In this document: one piece after another, positions 43,623 to 55,959 of the stretch
How positions within the stretch are numbered: the first letter of the stretch is position 1
Layout: each line of letters opens with the position of its first letter
DNA from: Phaeosaccion multiseriatum
Taxonomy: Eukaryota > Protista > Ochrophyta, other classes
Assembly: GCA_965112735.1 (NCBI GenBank)
Contig: OZ218963.1
Coordinates: forward strand, 2,480,001 to 2,544,000
Length of the DNA: 64,000 bases
Direction: 5' to 3'
Position numbers and translations under genes: made by a program
Notes under the pieces: model-generated
Databases searched by the model: none
What the model was told of the DNA's origin: nothing
What the model saw: only the letters and a program-made list of their open reading frames with translations

Positions 43623-46600
43623 ATGTCATCCTTCGACTCCCCTATTGTTCAACTCGAACTCGAAAGCGACATTCTAAACACTGGGTCGACGTCATTCGCC
43701 TTCACGCAGGCATCTGGTTCCACGAGCTACGTCTATGACGCGACACAGGATAAAGACGTGTCGTTGCTGAATGGTGGTCGCATATCGTCGGTCAATGACT
43801 TCTCCACACTTGGAACCAGTGGAGACTTTACTGTTTCGATGGACATTATGAACCCCGCGTGGTCGCAATACGAACTCATATTCTTTATAAATAGCGGCTC
43901 ATCCAGTAGTACAAACCCTTTGGGCGCACAAGCGAATAGCGGGGCCTTTCATATTCACGATGGTCCAGGTGCAAGCACCAATACGGGGTTTACCTTCCAG
44001 AACAATGTGTGGTACAGAGTGGTACTGTGTAACAACTCCGCGGTCGACGGACTAGAAGTGTATGTCGACGGGGCACTGGTTGCCACGACTCGTTACTGGG
44101 AGGACACTCTTATATCGAATGTAAAGCTGCACATTGGTGGATCGGGCAACGGCTACTTCCAATATACCGGGTACATGAGCACTCTCCGCATGCTTGATTC
44201 CGTGGTTACTGCGACGGAAGTGTACAATGACTACATACTCGCGAACTACGCGTTGGATTTGTCGGGAGCATCGGGTTACGACGGATCCGCAGTCCTCACA
44301 TGGACCAACTCCCTGAGTGCCACTGCATACAAGGTGACGTATACCCACCCGACGACGTCCGTGGAGACAACCTTCGCAACGGCTATAACAAGTGGTACCT
44401 CAACGGTCACTGGTCTAGACACCGGTGTTCTCTACCTCTTTACCATTTACGAGACAACCGCTACGGACACTTCGGACGACGGGGCGTACGTGTCGGTCGG
44501 GACCTTGTCCATGGAAACTCGGTCCATGCTGGAACCCATCGTCCAACTCAATCTCGAAAGCGACCTCGTAAACACGGGGTCCTCCACATTCGACTTTACT
44601 CAGGCATCCGGATCCACGAGTTACACCTATGATGCGACACTGGAGAAGAACGTTGCGCTACTGAATGGGCTGATATCCTCGACTACGGACTTTTCGACTC
44701 TCGGCATCGCCGATTTCACAGTGAGTGTGTACATCAGTGACAGCTCATGGGGAGGCTACCAGACCCCCTGGGCCGTGCACAACGGTGCAAACACTACAAA
44801 CCGGCTCGGACTACAGGGCTATGCGTCCTCCGGGGCCATCCGTGTCGCCAGTAGCGCATGGACCAACTTGAACACGACCATGGTGGACGACACGTGGTAC
44901 AATTTCATAGTCACCAATTCGTCGACGGACGGGCTGAGCGTGTACATTGACGGGGTGCTTGATGTGAACACCACGCTCTGGACAGACACTCTGGTCACCG
45001 ACGTGAAGATGCACATTGGAAACTGGGGCAGTGGAACCGGGTCGACGTTTTCAGGGTACATGAGCGACCTGCAAGTGTTCAATTTCGCTGCAACGGCGGA
45101 GGAGGTGGCGAACTATTACGCCTTCACCAGCTACATATTGGGTCTGACGGCCTCCCCCAATGACGACAGCTCCGTCGTCCTCGCATGGAACAACTCCTCG
45201 AGCGCCACGGCGTACAAAGTGACGTACACCGACCCCGGGACGTCCGTGGAGACAACCTTCTCGACGGCCGTAACAAGCGGTACTTCCACTATAACCGGTC
45301 TTGAGGCGGGTATTTTCTACGTCTTTACCCTCTACGAGACTACATCTGCGGACACGTCGGACGACGGGGCATATGTGTCTGTAGGCACGGTGGTTAAGGC
45401 CACCCGGTCTGTATCGGCACCCATCATCGATTTGCAGCTACGGGGGGACCTTTCAAACTCAGGCAGTGTTCCCGCAATCGAAGTAGATCAATCCAGTGGG
45501 ACTACGACGTTCGAGACGGACGATACCAAGAAGAAAACAGTGGCGGTACTAAACGGCCTCGTGTCGTCCACGACGGACTTTTCCACCTTTGGCATAACGG
45601 GAGACTTTGCCGTGTCTATGCACATCTCGAACCCTTCATGGAGCCAATACGAGCACTTCTTATTTATAAATAGCGCTGCATCCAGTACAACGAATCGCTT
45701 CGGTGCGGTGGTAAACAGCGGGGTCTTCAAAATACACGATGGGGGTAACAGTTCCAATGTGGGATTCACGTTCCAGACGGATGTATGGTACCATATAGTT
45801 TTTAACAACAGTTCGGCCAACGGGTTGGAGATATATGTAGACGGGGTGCTGATTACCACGAAGAACTACTGGCAGGACACGCTTGTGTCGGGGGTGAAAT
45901 TGCACGTGGGCGGACAGGCGAGCGCATCGAATCCTTTCACTGGGTCGATGAGTACCGTAAACGTATTCGACTTTGCGCTCACTTCCGCGGAAGTATCGGA
46001 TCTCTACACTACACAGACCAAAATCGTGGGGTTCCTTCCCGGCGAAACCGAGCAGACTTCAGTGTCTCTTTCGTGGGAAAACGACGCGAGTGTAACGGCG
46101 TACAAGGTCACGTACACCGATCCGGCCACTTCCGTCGAAACGGTAGCGGCCACCGAGATCATCACGGAAGCCGCCACCGTGTCGGGACTGACCGCGGGAA
46201 CGACCTATACCTTCAAACTCTACGTCACGTCGGCTGCAGATATCACGGACGACAGTCAGTACACCTACCTCGACTATGTTGACGGAACCACGGATCCTCT
46301 GCCCGTAAAAGTTGTGCAATTGTCCTACCTCAGCACTGACCCTCTCGAGAACACCGGGACATCTGGACTAGACTTTACGAGTGTATATAGCGGGTCCCCC
46401 GCTCTCGTTTACGACGCAGACCTCAAGACGAATGTGCGTTCACACACTACTGCACAAGCGAACGTCTACCAGTCGGCGGAGGGATTGGCCGCAATGGGCG
46501 CGACTGATTTCACCATGTCTGTGTGGATCAAGGGTAATTCTTGGGGAGCAGGGGACAGAGATCGGGTCTTCGCAGCATCCATAGACGCTGCGACTCCCCT

Positions 46601-47669
46601 TGGTGCCCGTATCGAGACTACGGGAAAAGCGGCCATGTACGGGAGATATGAAACGGGCAGTGTTACCGTCGTCACGGACAATAACATCGTACTCAGTCTG
46701 GACACGTGGTACCTCTTGACCATGACGTACACCACGGACCTTGACGTCCGCGTGTACGTCAACGACGCACTGGCCATGGAGGGAACCACCACGTGGTCGG
46801 ACCCCAACTCGAGGGCTGTCGCAGTGGTCGGGAGTGGGGTTGCCGGATTCTCTTCGGCAACACTGTCTGATTCGTACCTGAGCGACTTTAGGGTATACGA
46901 TCAGGCCCTCACCCCCGCGGAGGTTACCACCCTGTACAACTCCTATCCCAACGACATTGCACCCAGTTCCACTACCATTTCCGACCTCACTCCGTTTTCC
47001 ATGGTGGTCACCTGGGAGGAAGTGACCGGTGCCACGGGATATCGCGTGACGTATGCCCCCACCACGGGGGACAATGCAGGGGTGGAGACTGTATATGCTT
47101 CTGGTGTGACCGGGCTCACTAGCATGGTCAGTGGTCTGTCGTCGGTTATGGAATACACTGTGTCGATCTATTCCACGACGGATACGTCCCCTTCGTCCTC
47201 TTCCGCTGCATATACAATCGTTACCGGAGGAAATGCCGTGGCAACGACTTTGGACCCCGTGGCGGATGCAGCGAGCTTTCTCGGGGTATTTACGGACGAA
47301 AGTGGAGTGAGGGACTTTTCGTCGCTTCAGGGGAGCGACATCGCGGAGCTGGACACCGCTATTACCACCACACTCGCCACGGGAGAATCTCTGAAACTTC
47401 CGGCGGACTTGGTCGGAGGGACGGACGTGAGCGTGAAACTGGTCCAGGTCGGCGAGACATTGACCTTAGGGGATACAGATGGATTGTATCTACCTTTTAG
47501 TGAAACAGGCGGATCCTCTCAGCAGGTCACTGTACAACTAGACGATGGTTCCACGGAGGACATTGCATTTGACGATACTTCCAACTCTGTCACGGTCGGG
47601 GGAACGACATATGCAGTCGGGGAGTCTTTTGTTTTGAACGGAAAGAAAGTCACTGTATATGACTCGTGA
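43623..47669 (+). CDS. Large surface/adhesin protein, 4 x (LamG/ConA-like + fibronectin type III)
   Basis: Repeated DFTVS...WY...VYVDG modules alternate with W...ATAYKVTY...GL....Y.F modules. Confidence 0.88.
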   Translation: MSSFDSPIVQLELESDILNTGSTSFAFTQASGSTSYVYDATQDKDVSLLNGGRISSVNDFSTLGTSGDFTVSMDIMNPAWSQYELIFFINSGSSSSTNPLGAQANSGAFHIHDGPGASTNTGFTFQNNVWYRVVLCNNSAVDGLEVYVDGALVATTRYWEDTLISNVKLHIGGSGNGYFQYTGYMSTLRMLDSVVTATEVYNDYILANYALDLSGASGYDGSAVLTWTNSLSATAYKVTYTHPTTSVETTFATAITSGTSTVTGLDTGVLYLFTIYETTATDTSDDGAYVSVGTLSMETRSMLEPIVQLNLESDLVNTGSSTFDFTQASGSTSYTYDATLEKNVALLNGLISSTTDFSTLGIADFTVSVYISDSSWGGYQTPWAVHNGANTTNRLGLQGYASSGAIRVASSAWTNLNTTMVDDTWYNFIVTNSSTDGLSVYIDGVLDVNTTLWTDTLVTDVKMHIGNWGSGTGSTFSGYMSDLQVFNFAATAEEVANYYAFTSYILGLTASPNDDSSVVLAWNNSSSATAYKVTYTDPGTSVETTFSTAVTSGTSTITGLEAGIFYVFTLYETTSADTSDDGAYVSVGTVVKATRSVSAPIIDLQLRGDLSNSGSVPAIEVDQSSGTTTFETDDTKKKTVAVLNGLVSSTTDFSTFGITGDFAVSMHISNPSWSQYEHFLFINSAASSTTNRFGAVVNSGVFKIHDGGNSSNVGFTFQTDVWYHIVFNNSSANGLEIYVDGVLITTKNYWQDTLVSGVKLHVGGQASASNPFTGSMSTVNVFDFALTSAEVSDLYTTQTKIVGFLPGETEQTSVSLSWENDASVTAYKVTYTDPATSVETVAATEIITEAATVSGLTAGTTYTFKLYVTSAADITDDSQYTYLDYVDGTTDPLPVKVVQLSYLSTDPLENTGTSGLDFTSVYSGSPALVYDADLKTNVRSHTTAQANVYQSAEGLAAMGATDFTMSVWIKGNSWGAGDRDRVFAASIDAATPLGARIETTGKAAMYGRYETGSVTVVTDNNIVLSLDTWYLLTMTYTTDLDVRVYVNDALAMEGTTTWSDPNSRAVAVVGSGVAGFSSATLSDSYLSDFRVYDQALTPAEVTTLYNSYPNDIAPSSTTISDLTPFSMVVTWEEVTGATGYRVTYAPTTGDNAGVETVYASGVTGLTSMVSGLSSVMEYTVSIYSTTDTSPSSSSAAYTIVTGGNAVATTLDPVADAASFLGVFTDESGVRDFSSLQGSDIAELDTAITTTLATGESLKLPADLVGGTDVSVKLVQVGETLTLGDTDGLYLPFSETGGSSQQVTVQLDDGSTEDIAFDDTSNSVTVGGTTYAVGESFVLNGKKVTVYDS

Positions 47670-47700
47670 AAAGTGCATGAATGTAAAAATAGAAGTGACG

Positions 47701-47878
47701 ATCTCTTATTCGAATTCGGACCCGGGTCCTAGACGAAATGGATTTTGAGAATTATGTTTTTCTGTAAAAGTTTTGAAGTGGACTCACAACTCGTTTCCAT
47801 CTCGATTTCAATATCAAAAAATAATAATTTCAGAAATCCATCTCGTCGAGGACCTGGGTCTGAATTTGAGTTAAAGGT
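47701..47878. repeat. 178-bp palindromic element, copy C
   Basis: Same arms with a few substitutions. Confidence 0.9.
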
Positions 47879-48099
47879 GTTCCACTTCTTCATTTTCAAG
47901 ACTTTAATTTGGCCATTAACATTTCAAGCGTACTACGTATAGAGTGTGAATCCTTTGGTGATACTATCACACTGTGTTCTTAGAAAACCAGAATAGTACG
48001 TGTCCCCCCTGGGTATCCCCCCGGTGTGCTTTTTTTCCCCTAATTAGTCGATAATCACAATCACTTTTACACTACGAGAACACATCTGAACACGCATCT

Positions 48100-49668
48100 A
48101 TGGCCACCATCGCGTTCACCTCCAACATGTCTCCGTTATGCGAGTCCCTCAAGTCCATCGGGCAGGTGAACCTCGTGGGAAAGAATCGCATGAAGCAGAA
48201 GAGAAACAAGGGAAAGCTCAACAAGATCGTGGCGGACATCATCGGAGACAGAGACGCCGTTCACATCATTCAGAGCAGGGAAGTCATCCACAAGCTATGT
48301 GGCAGCTTCTTCCCCTGGTTCCTCCCCCAAGTCTCTTGGAATAACCCCATCGTCCTCCACGACCGACTCTTCGTGCCCGCCAACTCCGCAGTGGAGGACA
48401 GAGTTGTCAAAGCTCTTCAGAAATACAATTCCCCGGACAGCGGAAGGGGGTGTGCACTTGAGTGCGAAAACAAGGACCCTTACATGTTCGCGTGTACACA
48501 GTGTCAGAAGACGGTGTGTTCCCCGTGCATCAAAGCATGTCTCGAAGTGCGTGGAGAAAGGAAAGGGGACTGTCTCGCACTCCCCTGTCCCTTTTGCACA
48601 ATGCTTTTCTTCGCGGAAAAGCGTGTAGAGGAGAAGAAAGTGGACACATTCCAACCTACAGTTGGCGAGAGCTGCCCCGAAATTCAGCGAAAAATCATGG
48701 ATGCTTCGACCAAAATGGTCTCTATTATGCGTCTTTTCGACCCCGCCGGCCTGAAATATGTTTGTGCGCACCCTAGCATCAATGACTTCATCAAGTCCGC
48801 CTTCGCAAACCGAGACAGAATCGGGAAATCGACTTTCGGAGTTCTGACCTGGAGCAGACTCTCCAAGGGGTTCGAAGTGAGTCGTGGCAACGTCGACGTT
48901 TCCATGACCAGGTCCGGAGATGTATCTTTCGATTCAATGTCCAGAAGTGCATTCGGGCAGAGAGTGGGCAGTATGAAGAAAGGCAGGAGCAGTGACCCCG
49001 TCGTGTTCCTCTTCACAGTCCACGGATCGATCGATGGAGCAGAAGCGGGCCCATGTCTGATGCACACATACATGCTGCTTTGGAACGGGGACATGCTCTT
49101 TGAGCCAGGCATGAAGGACGTGCTCATGGGCCTGAGGAGTTCTCAGTTGCGCCCAACGCGCTTTCATTCGGTTGCGGGGTTCGAATTGGACGAGTCGGAG
49201 TACTGCATCGCGTGTCAGTATTTCACCGACGGCATCGTTGACAACCTGAAGGAGCATGTCCTCCTCGCACACAACGTCTCCGTAAAGGACTTCCTTTCGT
49301 CGAAAATGGTCCTTACATTCCATCTATTTGAGGGTTTCTCCGTGAAACGCGATGCACGAATGATGGAAAATGGAAGCCTCACGTTTTTCCCCGGGATCAA
49401 GGACGTTATGTCTTGGATCCTGTCTGACGATATTGACGACTACGAAGGAACCACGCACCTCATCGGGGATGAGGACTACAACTCAAAACTTGCTGCGTCT
49501 CTTCTCGTGAGGATCGCCTTCCCAGGAAACAAGATCTTCCTCATGAGTCTTCTGATCATGTCGAACATGATTTGCAAGAAGGTCCCGAGGGAGGATCTTG
49601 TCAAATCGCACTGCACATTGCCAACAGGGGAGCAGTTGGAGCCCGAAGAAGGCGTGATTTATGTGTGA
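48100..49668 (+). CDS. RING-like zinc-finger protein
   Basis: CALEC...CTQCQKTVCSPC...CPFC; second CIAC...H...H motif. Confidence 0.7.
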   Translation: MATIAFTSNMSPLCESLKSIGQVNLVGKNRMKQKRNKGKLNKIVADIIGDRDAVHIIQSREVIHKLCGSFFPWFLPQVSWNNPIVLHDRLFVPANSAVEDRVVKALQKYNSPDSGRGCALECENKDPYMFACTQCQKTVCSPCIKACLEVRGERKGDCLALPCPFCTMLFFAEKRVEEKKVDTFQPTVGESCPEIQRKIMDASTKMVSIMRLFDPAGLKYVCAHPSINDFIKSAFANRDRIGKSTFGVLTWSRLSKGFEVSRGNVDVSMTRSGDVSFDSMSRSAFGQRVGSMKKGRSSDPVVFLFTVHGSIDGAEAGPCLMHTYMLLWNGDMLFEPGMKDVLMGLRSSQLRPTRFHSVAGFELDESEYCIACQYFTDGIVDNLKEHVLLAHNVSVKDFLSSKMVLTFHLFEGFSVKRDARMMENGSLTFFPGIKDVMSWILSDDIDDYEGTTHLIGDEDYNSKLAASLLVRIAFPGNKIFLMSLLIMSNMICKKVPREDLVKSHCTLPTGEQLEPEEGVIYV

Positions 49669-49792
49669 AAACGGCATTTGAAGTGTCCTATTCGTAAAAT
49701 AAATGATATAGTTCGACGTCTGAACTTTTTGCCACTGTATTTTTCAAGACTTACATTTGGACACTAGTCTTTCAAGCGTATGATGTAAAAAA

Positions 49793-51037
49793 ATGGCTCA
49801 TCCTTTGGCAGGACGCTTCATTCAAGAGGATGAAGATGACGAAACTGACATGGAGTTGCAGAGACAACTCGTCGCCTCTATGAAGAGAAAGTTCTCACAG
49901 CCGCCTCAGAAGGCGCGCTTTTCTGAAGGAAACGTATTGGGGGAGTCTAGAAGCGATGGAAAGAGGCGGTTTTCTGAAGTAAACGTGCTGGGAGGGGCTA
50001 GACACGATAACAAGCAGCGGTTTTCTGAAAGAAACGTATTGGGCGGAGCCAGAAGCGATGCACCCACCGTCCCGGTCGTTGCCACATCAAGCGTCGAGGC
50101 GCGCGAAATCAAACCCGTTTCACCCAAAATCCGTGCAGAATCGGCGAAAAAGGCCAAGGTGGCGCCCGCCCAAAGCATGTCTTTCCCCAAGCTAAAGAGT
50201 ACCGAACCGGTTGATTACATCGCTCGCGTCGAGAAGAAGATGGAGGAAATAACCGAGAAGATGCCACTCGACATCGAACTCCTCTTTGATCTAGTGAAGA
50301 AGGCGACGGTCACCCCGGAGAAAATGACCTACCACGAGGACAAGGTCGGGCACTGGAAGGACTCCTGTGCGTACGTCAAGCACATCCGGGACATCGAGCC
50401 GCGCGAATTCAATCGGGCCTTTTCTCTGAAGGACGAATTGGCACACAACGTCCAGACATACCTCTCGAACGGGATCAACATCTCCAAGAAGTACCGCCGC
50501 AAATGGCGATCCGACGGGGAGGCCATGACGTCCGAAGACGAGATCGAGATCCACATGTATTATCTCATGACGGACGCGGGAAAAGTCCCCATCACCTCCC
50601 CCAACTTGATCAACACGGAAGCCTTGCTCTTCTTTCTCTACGACACGTGCTACATGGCTTACAGGCTCCTCAAAAGCGTGGAGGATGGAGAGGATCACAC
50701 GGGCCTCCTTCAGATCGCGGAGAAATGCGCGAGCGAGAAAATCCCCCCCTTGAAGAAAGAAGAAGACCCCGTCACCGTGACGATGGGGGTCCTGGGCAAA
50801 ATCTTTCCCATGGGCATGGATGAGGCGCAGTTTAAGAGTACATACGCTCAGCTTCTGGACATCTTTAAGGCCAAGAGTCATGACAGAAATGGAAAGGTGT
50901 TGATCCGTATGATAAAGGCATTGCGTGAAGAAAACAAGGGGGTAGAGCGAGGAGAAGGGCAAGTTCGTGTATCGAAACTCTTCGTTCAGAATGAAACTAG
51001 GGAGCGAATTCAGAGTGTGTTTGATGTAAGCTACTAA
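49793..51037 (+). CDS. Hypothetical protein, paralogue of 55078-55959; N-terminal 3 x 17-aa repeats
   Basis: RFSE.NVLG repeats; shared blocks YV.HIR, L.TDA, TEA..F, GK.L.RM. Confidence 0.8.
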   Translation: MAHPLAGRFIQEDEDDETDMELQRQLVASMKRKFSQPPQKARFSEGNVLGESRSDGKRRFSEVNVLGGARHDNKQRFSERNVLGGARSDAPTVPVVATSSVEAREIKPVSPKIRAESAKKAKVAPAQSMSFPKLKSTEPVDYIARVEKKMEEITEKMPLDIELLFDLVKKATVTPEKMTYHEDKVGHWKDSCAYVKHIRDIEPREFNRAFSLKDELAHNVQTYLSNGINISKKYRRKWRSDGEAMTSEDEIEIHMYYLMTDAGKVPITSPNLINTEALLFFLYDTCYMAYRLLKSVEDGEDHTGLLQIAEKCASEKIPPLKKEEDPVTVTMGVLGKIFPMGMDEAQFKSTYAQLLDIFKAKSHDRNGKVLIRMIKALREENKGVERGEGQVRVSKLFVQNETRERIQSVFDVSY

Positions 51038-51113
51038 TATTCCGCAAATGTACATCTCTCGATTTATAAGTCTGACAAAAGCCTCCCCCCCCCCCCTCAA
51101 AGGAAGGATTTAT

Positions 51114-54100
51114 ATGAAAAGCGCCAAACCCCCGAACTATCCGTACATATTGGTGAGAACAGGTCGCACTTCCGTCGGACTATGGGAGGTATTGTACGCT
51201 TCCGTCGGACTATGGGAGGTATTGTATGAAAAGCGCCAAACCCCCGAACTATCCGTACATATTGGTGAGAACAGGTCGCACTTCCGTCGGACTATGGGAG
51301 GTATTATATGAAAAGCGCCAAACCCCTGAACTATCCGTAGATATTGGTGAGAATAGGTCGCACTTCCATCGGACTATGGGAGGTATTGTATGAAAAGCGC
51401 CAAACCCCTGAACTATCCGTAGATATTGGTGAGAATAGGTCGCACTTCCGTTGGACTATGGGAGGTATTGTATGAAAAGCGCCAAACCCCCGAACTATCC
51501 GTAGATATTGGTGAGAATAGGTCGCACTTCCATCGGACTATGGGAGGTATTGTATGAAAAGCGCCACACCCCTGAACTATCCGTAGATATTGGTGAGAAT
51601 AGGTCGCACTTCCGTCGGACTATGGGAGGTATTGTATGAAAAGCGCCACCCCCCTATCTATCCGTAGATATTGGTGAGAATAGGTCGCACTTCCATCGGA
51701 CTACGGGAGGTATTGTATGAAAAGTGCCAAACCCCCGAACTATCCGTACATATTGGTGAGAACAGGTCGCACTTCCGTCGGACTATGGGAGGTATTGTAT
51801 GAAAAGCGCCGATTCTCGGTCTACTCATCTATCCTACCGAGAACGGAACACACTTCCATTGGACTCTGAATGGGGTGATATGAAAAAAGGGTCAATCCCA
51901 AATCCATCAATAGATTCTGATGAAGAATCAAGACTGACTCTTTTCGTTTCTTCAAAAAAAGTAATAGTTGGCTCCCCCCGATTCTGGTCCGGTGGAAGGG
52001 CGATTTGAATAAAAATGGATATACGTGCATTTGTGTGTTTAAATACCTGTATGTACGTGGCATGTGTGTGTAATTGGAAGCGTGTTTTCATAAGGTTACG
52101 TAATGTTATGAAAACACACTCCTACTGGACAATGTGTGAAAATGACCACATCTCATTATACTTATCTATCCGGATGAGAATATGCCACACTTCCGTCGGA
52201 CTACGGGAGGTATTGTATGAAAAGCGCCAAACCCTCGAACTATCCGTAGATATTGGTGAGAATAGGTCGCACTTCCATCGGACTACGGGAGGTATTGTAT
52301 GAAAAGCGCCAAACCCCCGAACTATCCGTAGATATTGGTGAGAATAGGTCGCACTTCCATCGGACTACGGGAGGTATTGTATGAAAAGCGCCAAACCCCC
52401 GAACTATCCGTAGATATTGGTGAGAATAGGTCGCACTTCCATCGGACTACGGGAGGTATTGTATGAAAAGCGCCAAACCCCCGAACTATCCGTACATATT
52501 GGTGAGAATAGGTCGCACTTCCATCGGACTACGGGAGGTATTGTATGAAAAGCGCCAAACCCCCGAACTATCCGTAGATATTGGTGAGAATAGGTCGCAC
52601 TTCCATCGGACTACGGGAGGTATTGTATGAAAAGCGCCAAACCCCCGAACTATCCGTACATATTGGTGAGAACAGGTCGCACTTCCGTCGGACTATGGGA
52701 GGTATTGTATGAAAAGCGCCAACCCCCCTATCTATCCGTAGATATTGGTGAGAATAGGTCGCACTTCCATCGGACTACGGGAGGTATTGTATGAAAAGCG
52801 CCAAACCCCCGAACTATCCGTAGATATTGGTGAGAATAGGTCGCACTTCCATCGGACTACGGGAGGTATTGTATGAAAAGCGCCAAACCCCCGAACTATC
52901 CGTAGATATTGGTGAGAATAGGTCGCACTTCCATCGGACTACGGGAGGTATTGTATGAAAAGCGCCAAACCCCCGAACTATCCGTAGATATTGGTGAGAA
53001 TAGGTCGCACTTCCATCGGACTACGGGAGGTATTGTATGAAAAGCGCCAAACCCCCGAACTATCCGTACATATTGGTGAGAATAGGTCGCACTTCCATCG
53101 GACTACGGGAGGTATTGTATGAAAAGCGCCAAACCCCCGAACTATCCGTAGATATTGGTGAGAATAGGTCGCACTTCCGTCGGACTACGGGAGGTATTGT
53201 ATGAAAAGCGCCAAACCCCTGAACTATCCGTACATATTGGTGAGAACAGGTCGCACTTCCGTCGGACTATGGGAGGTATTGTATGAAAAGCGCCGATTCT
53301 CGGTCTACTCATCTATCCTACCGAGAACGGAACACACTTCCATTGGACTCTGAATGGGGTGATATGAAAAAAGGGTCAATCCCAAATCCATCAATAGATT
53401 CTGATGAAGAATCAAGACTGACTCTTTTCGTTTCTTCAAAAAAAGTAATAGTTGGCTCCCCCCGATTCTGGTCCGGTGGAAGGGCGATTTGAATAAAAAT
53501 GGATATACGTGCATTTGTGTGTTTAAATACCTGTATGTACGTGGCATGTGTGTGTAATTGGAAGCGTGTTTTCATAAGGCTACGTAATGTTATGAAAACA
53601 CACTCCCACTGGACAATGTGTGAAAATGACCACATCTCATTATACTTATCTATCCGGATGAGAATATGCCACACTTCCGTCGGACTACGGGAGGTATTGT
53701 ATGAAAAGCGCCAAACCCCCGAACTATCCGTAGATATTGGTGAGAATAGGTCGCACTTCCATCGGACTACGGGAGGTATTGTATGAAAAGCGCCAAACCC
53801 CCGAACTATCCGTAGATATTGGTGAGAATAGGTCGCACTTCCATGGGACTACGGGAGGTATTGTATGAAAAGCGCCAAACCCCCTATCTATCCGTAGATA
53901 TTGGTGAGAATAGGTCACACTTCCATCGGACTATGGGAGGTATTGTATGAAAAGCGCCGATTCTCGGTCTACTCATCTATCCTACCGAGAACGGAACACA
54001 CTTCCATTGGACTCTGAATGGGGTGATATGAAAAAAGGGTCAATCCCAAATCCATCAATAGATTCTGATGAAGAATCAAGACTGACTCTTTTCGTTTCTT

Positions 54101-55020
54101 CAAAAAAAGTAATAGTTGGCTCCCCCCGATTCTGGTCCGGTGGAAGGGCGATTTGAATAAAAATGGATATACGTGCATTTGTGTGTTTAAATACCTGTAT
54201 GTACGTGGCATGTGTGTGTAATTGGAAGCGTGTTTACATAAGGTTACGTAATGTTATGAAAACACACGCCCACTGGACAATGCGTGAAAATGACCACATC
54301 TCATTATACTTATCTATCCGGATGAGAATAGGTCGCACTTCCATCGGACTACGGGAGGTATTGTATGAAAAGCGCCAAACCCCCGAACTATCCGTAGATA
54401 TTGGTGAGAATAGGTCGCACTTCCATCGGACTACGGGAGGTATTGTATGAAAAGCGCCAAACCCCCGAACTATCCGTAGATATTGGTGAGAATAGGTCGC
54501 ACTTCCATCGGACTACGGGAGGTATTGTCTGAAAAGCGCCAAACCCCCGAACTATCCGTAGATATTGGTGAGAATAGGTCGCACTTCCATCGGACTATGG
54601 GAGGTATTGTCTGAAAAGCGCCAACCCCCTATCTATCCGTAGATATTGGTGAGAATAGGTCGCACTTCCGTCGGACTACGGGAGGTATTGTCTGAGAAGC
54701 GCCGATTCTCAGTCTACTCATCTATCCTACCGAGAACGGAACACACTTCCATTGGACTCTGAATGGGGTGATATGAAAAAAGGGTCAATCCTAAATCCAT
54801 CAATCGATTCTGATGAAGAATCAAGACTGACTCTTTTCGTTTCTTCAAAAAAGTAATAGTTGGCTCCCCCCGAGTTTCGTCCGATGGGAGGGCGATTTGA
54901 ATAAGAATGGATATACGTGCATTTGTGTGTTTAAATACCTGTATTTACGTGGCATGTGTGTGTAATTGGAAGCGTGTTTACATAAGGTTACGTAATGTTA
55001 TGAAAACACACGCCCACTGG
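51114..55020. repeat. Higher-order satellite: 82-bp units (~8, 13, 3, 4 per run) separated by four ~320-380-bp repeated blocks
   Basis: Unit atgaaaagcgccaaacccccgaactatccgtagatattggtgagaataggtcgcacttccatcggactacgggaggtattgt; period 82 (e.g. 52299, 52381, 52463). Confidence 0.97.
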
Positions 55021-55077
55021 AACCAGTGATTGATGATCAAGATAAATTGCGTCATTTTTTATAAATCCTAACTTTAT

Positions 55078-55959
55078 TTACATGCAATACTTTGTGTCGA
55101 ACATATATTCGATGTCTTCCTTTACTGAAGGGGTTAGGAAGAGTTCACACAGACGATTCTGTGCAGGTGATATCGTGTGCTCAAATGGCTCATAAAACCT
55201 GAACGTCGTCATGCGCTCCAACGTCTTCCCGTCCTTGTGCCTTTGATTTGGAATGCCCAGCGCGGCGGACAGCTTCTTGCGCCTCCTGAAGAACTCCTTT
55301 TGATCAATGTCTTTCGGCATGATGCGGCACAGATACTCAGTGGTGGCGGATAAGAGTCTGTACCCGGCCAGGGTCGAGGTCCTGGTCATGCACGACCGGG
55401 TGTGTTCCAGGAGGCCGCTGACGGCGACGTCGTCGAGGTTTTCCAGGACGGTGTTTGCGAATGCGCATGTCTCGAAAATGCAGAACATGACGGCCTCGGT
55501 GCACATTGTCTCGCGCGTTTTGGCGTCGGCGTGACTGTAATTCGCGGCGTCCGTCCACAGATTGTTCATGTTGATCTTGACCGGGGTGTCATCTTCGAAA
55601 ATGCAGTGTCTCCCACGGAGCTTAGTGTACCTCTTTGTGTACTTTCGTATGTTTTCCCCGACCCGGTCGCCGACCCCGAAGGCCTTCTTGAACTTGTCGG
55701 GCCCGTCGGTTCGGATGTGTCCGACGTAGTCCCTCAGCATCCTCCACACGTCGAAGCTGTTCTGGGAGTACTTGAACATGACGGGCTTCGTCTCGCCGCA
55801 TCGGACAATCTCGAATATGAGGGAGAGGTTGTAGCCCAGGACCTTCTCGCGTTCAGAGAGAACGAGTACCGCGATCTCGGTCGGGGATTTACCTCGCACA
55901 TCAATCATGATGCGGTGCAAACAAAATGGAATCTCAAGTATGTTTTGTTCTAAACACAA
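55078..55959 (-). CDS. Hypothetical protein, paralogue of 49793-51037
   Basis: By-eye alignment over ~250 aa. Confidence 0.8.
   Translation of the reverse strand: MCLEQNILEIPFCLHRIMIDVRGKSPTEIAVLVLSEREKVLGYNLSLIFEIVRCGETKPVMFKYSQNSFDVWRMLRDYVGHIRTDGPDKFKKAFGVGDRVGENIRKYTKRYTKLRGRHCIFEDDTPVKINMNNLWTDAANYSHADAKTRETMCTEAVMFCIFETCAFANTVLENLDDVAVSGLLEHTRSCMTRTSTLAGYRLLSATTEYLCRIMPKDIDQKEFFRRRKKLSAALGIPNQRHKDGKTLERMTTFRFYEPFEHTISPAQNRLCELFLTPSVKEDIEYMFDTKYCM

Noticed and set aside
51048-54450. Short repeated ORFs in the satellite and its blocks
   Set aside because: By-products of repeats; the fourth block copy lacks the start and has an indel
51114-55020. CRISPR array
   Set aside because: Units are contiguous near-identical 82-mers with no unique spacers, the interrupting blocks are themselves repeats, and there are no cas genes
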